This document shows, piece by piece, positions 60,291-64,000 of a DNA stretch of 64,000 nucleotides (positions are counted from its first letter, which is position 1; the number at the start of each line of letters is the position of its first letter). The notes under the pieces are model-generated. The model did no database searches. It saw nothing but the letters and a program-made list of their open reading frames with translations, and was not told the DNA's origin. The DNA is taken from the NCBI GenBank assembly GCA_035221665.1, contig CM069164.1:27590001-27654000 (forward strand). Direction: 5' to 3'. Made by a program: the position numbers and the translations under genes. Source of the stretch: Okamejei kenojei (lineage: Eukaryota).

Positions 60291-60745
60291 TAACATTGGG
60301 AAATTCAGTAGCACATCAGCTGAGGCAGTGGCTAGCATGTGCTATGTTACAGATGCAAAGAAAATTATTCCCAGATTTTTTGATAGGAAAGTGAATACAC
60401 AAGTGATTCCAGGCCACGTCAGACTGAAATTCCCACATCCCAACGCTTAATCCATGCATTTAAATTATGTGGGAATAAGGCAGGAGAGGACAGGGCAACG
60501 GAAAAGCTGAAATAATTCTGAGCTCTGGCTTTGCCTTGGATCCACACCCCCACACTCCACACACATGCAAGTCTGTGGGCTTGTTATAATGGTAAATTGT
60601 CCCAGTGTGTAGGATAGTGTTAACGAGCGGGGATCGCTGGTCGGAGCGGACTCAGCAGACCAAAGAGACCTTTTCCTGTTTCTCTTTAGTTCTCGACTTC
60701 CTCAGAAGATTGAGGAGATTGAATATTTCGACATAAATGCACAGT

Positions 60746-61271
60746 TTGTTTAAGAAAGAACTGCAGATGCTGGAAAAATCGAAGGTAGACAAAAATGCCA
60801 GAGAAACTCAGCAGGTGAGGCAGCATCTATGGAGAGCAGGAATAGGCGTTTCGGGTCAAGACCCTTCTTCAGACTGATGTTGGGGGGGGTGGGGGCGAGA
60901 AAAAGAAAGCGGAGACAGTGGGCTGTGGGAGAGCTGGGAAGGGGAGGGGAAGGAGGGAGAAAGCAAGGACTACCTGAAATTGGAGAAGTCGATTTTCATA
61001 CCGCTGGGGTATAGACTACCCAAGCGAAATATGAACTGCTGCTCCTCAAATTTATGGTGGGCCTCACTCTGGCCATGGAGGAGGCCCAGGACAGAAAGGT
61101 CGGATTCAGAATGGGAGGGGGAGTTGAAGTGCTGAGCCACCGGGAGATCAGGTTGGTTATTGCGAACTGGGTGGAGGTGTTGGGTGAAGCGATCGCCAAG
61201 CCTGCGCTTGGTCTCACCGACATAGAGAAGTTGACGCCTGGAACAGCGGATGCCAATAGATGAGGTTGTGG
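60746..61271 (-). mobile_element. PLE 3' end with GIY-YIG endonuclease and 12-bp TSD
   Basis: TSD taaatgcacagt at 60734-60745 and 61272-61283; ORF then UTR then ctgaagaagggtcttgacccgaaac. Confidence 0.93.
60970..61265 (-). pseudogene. PLE GIY-YIG endonuclease domain, 5'-truncated
   Basis: IRCSRRQLLYVGETKRRLGDRFTQHL..PVAQHFNSPSH..EEQQFIFRLGSLYPSGMKIDFSNFR*. Confidence 0.92.
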
Positions 61272-62199
61272 TAAATGCACAGTGTATTTTAGCAAGAGTA
61301 GTGGAATCAAATCCTCCATCAAACATTTACGGGTGTACAAAAACACCATAGTGTGTAACTCTATAACTTCAACAGAAGGAAATATTGGACTGTACAAGTT
61401 AACAGAAAGCAGATGCAGGTTTGCTTGTCTCCCCAAATCCCACCAATTATTACCTCAAATAACTTGCCACAAGTCACTGCCAAGACATAAAATTATCACA
61501 TCATTGAAATTTATGTGCCATCATGAAGTACTTTTAAACCCAGGAGGTGGGTGTACGGGGGAATGAGTTGCCAGAGGAGGTAGTTAAGGCAGGTACTATT
61601 ACAATGTTGAAGAAATATTTGGACAGGTACATGGATAGGACAGGTTTAGATGGATAAGGGCCAAATGTTGATGAGGCATGCTGGTCAGTATGGGCAAGGT
61701 GGGCCGAAGGGCCTGTTTGCACGCTATATCACTCTATGATCAGTCAACCTAAATTGCTTCAGCTTCACAAGGATCAAAGTTTTGGCGACATTAGCCACGC
61801 GGAGGCAGAATTGACAAGAGCATGCAGAATTGTTCTCGATATTGACAAATGAACGCGTCGTCTGCCTCGGTTAAAAGCACTCTGTTGTCATTGCGTTCAT
61901 GATGCGCGGAATTAAGCAGTGCTGAAAGCAACAGCAACCTGCACGGTCTTTCCAAGATTGTACTTCACCAGCAGAGAGATTACTCCGGAAAGTAATGGCA
62001 TGCTTTGTAGCCATTTTGTGGTGGGAATGAAAGGCTTCATAAAAATGTTCTTCAAGGTCTTATGGTCAACCAGAATTGCCACTTCTTTGTGACATAAACT
62101 TTGCACAATCTATTTGTAACCAGACATATTCTCAATAGGTCCCCCTACATCACCTTTGTCAGGCAAAAGGTTTTGAGATCTGCCTTTTTTACATCTAGA

Positions 62200-62500
62200 C
62201 GGCGGTACAATGAGGCGCAGCGGTAGAGTCGCTGCCTCACAGCGCCAGTGGCCCGGGTTCGATCCTGACTATGGGTGCTGTCTGTACGGAGTTTGTATGT
62301 TCTCCACGTGGGTTTCCTCTGGGAGCCACACTTTCCTCCCACCCTCCAAAGACGTGCGGGTTTGTAGGCTAATTGGCTTGGTAAAATTGTTAATTGTGTC
62401 CAGTGTGTAGGATAGTGTTAATGTGCGGGGATCGCTGGTCGGCGCGGACACAGGCGTCCGAAGGGCCTGTTTCTACGCTGCATCTCAAAACTAAACTAAA
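62200..62500 (+). mobile_element. V-SINE
   Basis: Full copy. Confidence 0.9.
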
Positions 62501-63034
62501 CTCGTCTTTCTCCAAGTCTTGATTTAATGTGTCATATTTTAACCATTACAAAAGGGAAAGATACCAGTGCAGCAGGAGTGGTTTTTCCAATGGCAACGTG
62601 CCTTTCCTCCGGATGATACGATCAGCTCCCACATCCCAGAGGAGTGCTGGTTGGTCGGTCAACTGACCATTGTAAATTGTCAGCATGAGATACTACAGGT
62701 GCTTGAAACAGGAACAAAGGAACGAGCTGCTGGAGGAACTCAGTGGGTCAAATAGCAATAGAATAATGATCATAGAATCGTACAGCAAGGAAACAGGCCC
62801 TTCAGCCCAACTTGTCCAAGATGCCCCATTTGGCCCATCTCACTCTAAATCTTTCCCATCCTAAAACTGTCCAAATGTCTTTTACGTGTTGTTATAGTAT
62901 TTACGTGTAGTATTATCTGATCTGAATGCAAACCAAAGCTTTTCATTGCACCTCAGTACACATGACAACAGCACACTAAACCTAAGGAATGTTCACCAGA
63001 TCTAAGCACCTCACGAGGTTCCTCGTGCTCATAT

Positions 63035-63632
63035 TTAGTTATGTTTAGTTTAGAGATACAGCAGGGAACCAGGCCCCCCTGCCGACCAAGTCCGCACCGA
63101 CCAGCGATCCCCGCACATTAACATTACCCAACACACACTAGGGATAATTTTTACATTAATACCACGCCAATTAGCCTACAAACTTGTATGTCTTTATTCC
63201 CCTGTCCCACTTAGCAAACCTGAACAGAAACCTCTGGAGACTTTGCGCCCCACCCAAGGTTTCCGTGCGGTTCCCGGAGGTTTTTGTCAGTCTCCCTAAT
63301 GGTCGAAAGTGGTTTTCGTTTTAAAAATCGGTAATTTTTTTTAGTCGAAGCCGGTTGCGATGCTAGTTGAAGGTGGTTGCCAGAGGACAAAAACCTCCGG
63401 GAACCGCACGGAAACCTTGGGTGGGGCGCAAAGTCTCCAGAGGTTTCCGTTCAGGTTTCCTAAGTGGGACAGGGGCATTAGAATGTAGGAGGAAACCAGA
63501 GATCCCGGAGAGAACCCACACAGGTCACGGGAAGAATGTACAAACTCCGTACAGACAGCACCCGTAGTCAGGATCGAACCTGGGTCTTTGGCGCTGTTGA
63601 GGCAGCAACTCTACCGCTGCGCCACCGTGCCA
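63035..63632 (-). mobile_element. V-SINE split by a Harbinger MITE
   Basis: V-domain interrupted at gtct-tta-gaatgt. Confidence 0.88.
63197..63477. mobile_element. PIF/Harbinger MITE with 92-bp TIRs
   Basis: Arms 63197-63288 and 63386-63477 with 3 mismatches; TTA on both sides. Confidence 0.92.
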
Positions 63633-63671
63633 ATTTGTGTGTGTAATTCAACCAATGGCCTCTCAACATCT

Positions 63672-63860
63672 TGTTTAGGAAGGAACTGCAGGTGCTGGTT
63701 TGCACCAAAGATAGACACAAAATGCTGGAGTAACTCAGCGGGACAGGCAGCTTCTCTGGAGAGAAAGGAATGGGTGACGTCTCGGGTCAAGACCCTTCTT
63801 CAGACTGAGAGTCTGGGGAGAGGGAAACCAGAGGTATGAAAAGATACAGAGAAGAAAAAC
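63672..63860 (-). mobile_element. PLE 3' end
   Basis: Reverse complement of the PLE terminal sequence. Confidence 0.85.
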
Positions 63861-64000
63861 AAACCTTTTCTCTGTACCTCGGTATACGTGACAATAACAA
63901 ACTAAACCAAAGTAATATCCACCTTTCGTTCTTCTACCACAATGCACCCGTATTTCACCAGTCTGTGAAAATCCAGCTGCGATCCCGATACGTAGCCGAA

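Larger units (their letters stand above)
60300..62195 (-). pseudogene. Ancient Ty3/Gypsy pol fossil (RNase H to integrase), interrupted by younger elements
   Basis: VDHKTLKNIFMKP..WLQSM.L..L.VKYNLGK....A..FSTA (61912-62106) resembles TDHKPL..IFKKP..RLQRM..VKY.PGK...AD.LSRA; LAKIH near 61290; WIK/VGM..F and G...LV....Y...WE at 60370-60455. Confidence 0.6.

Overview
Eukaryotic, repeat-dense, apparently non-coding (intronic or intergenic) DNA. The repeat content points to a cartilaginous fish, most likely a skate or ray (inference from HE1-like V-SINEs and HER1-like CR1 LINEs). No host protein-coding gene could be supported; almost all listed ORFs are spurious or transposon remnants. Repeats present: about 30 tRNA-derived V-SINEs, CR1, Rex1/Babar, L2 and Hero LINE fragments, dozens of Penelope-like (PLE) 3' ends often arranged as foldbacks with long TSDs, PIF/Harbinger and hAT MITEs, and a very old Gypsy pol fossil. 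The best signals are three kinds of predicted self-cleaving RNA inside retroelements. (1) A ~140-bp SINE-like family (3 copies, 11-12-bp TSDs, (GAA)n tail) whose first 54 nt fold as a minimal HDV/CPEB3-type ribozyme starting exactly at the element 5' end. (2) A hammerhead with non-circularly permuted strand order in the 3' UTR of two divergent Hero retrotransposons. (3) Minimal hammerhead motifs at PLE ends. All ribozyme calls are hand-folded predictions, not tested. Repeat boundaries without a stated TSD are approximate, and not every small fragment is listed.
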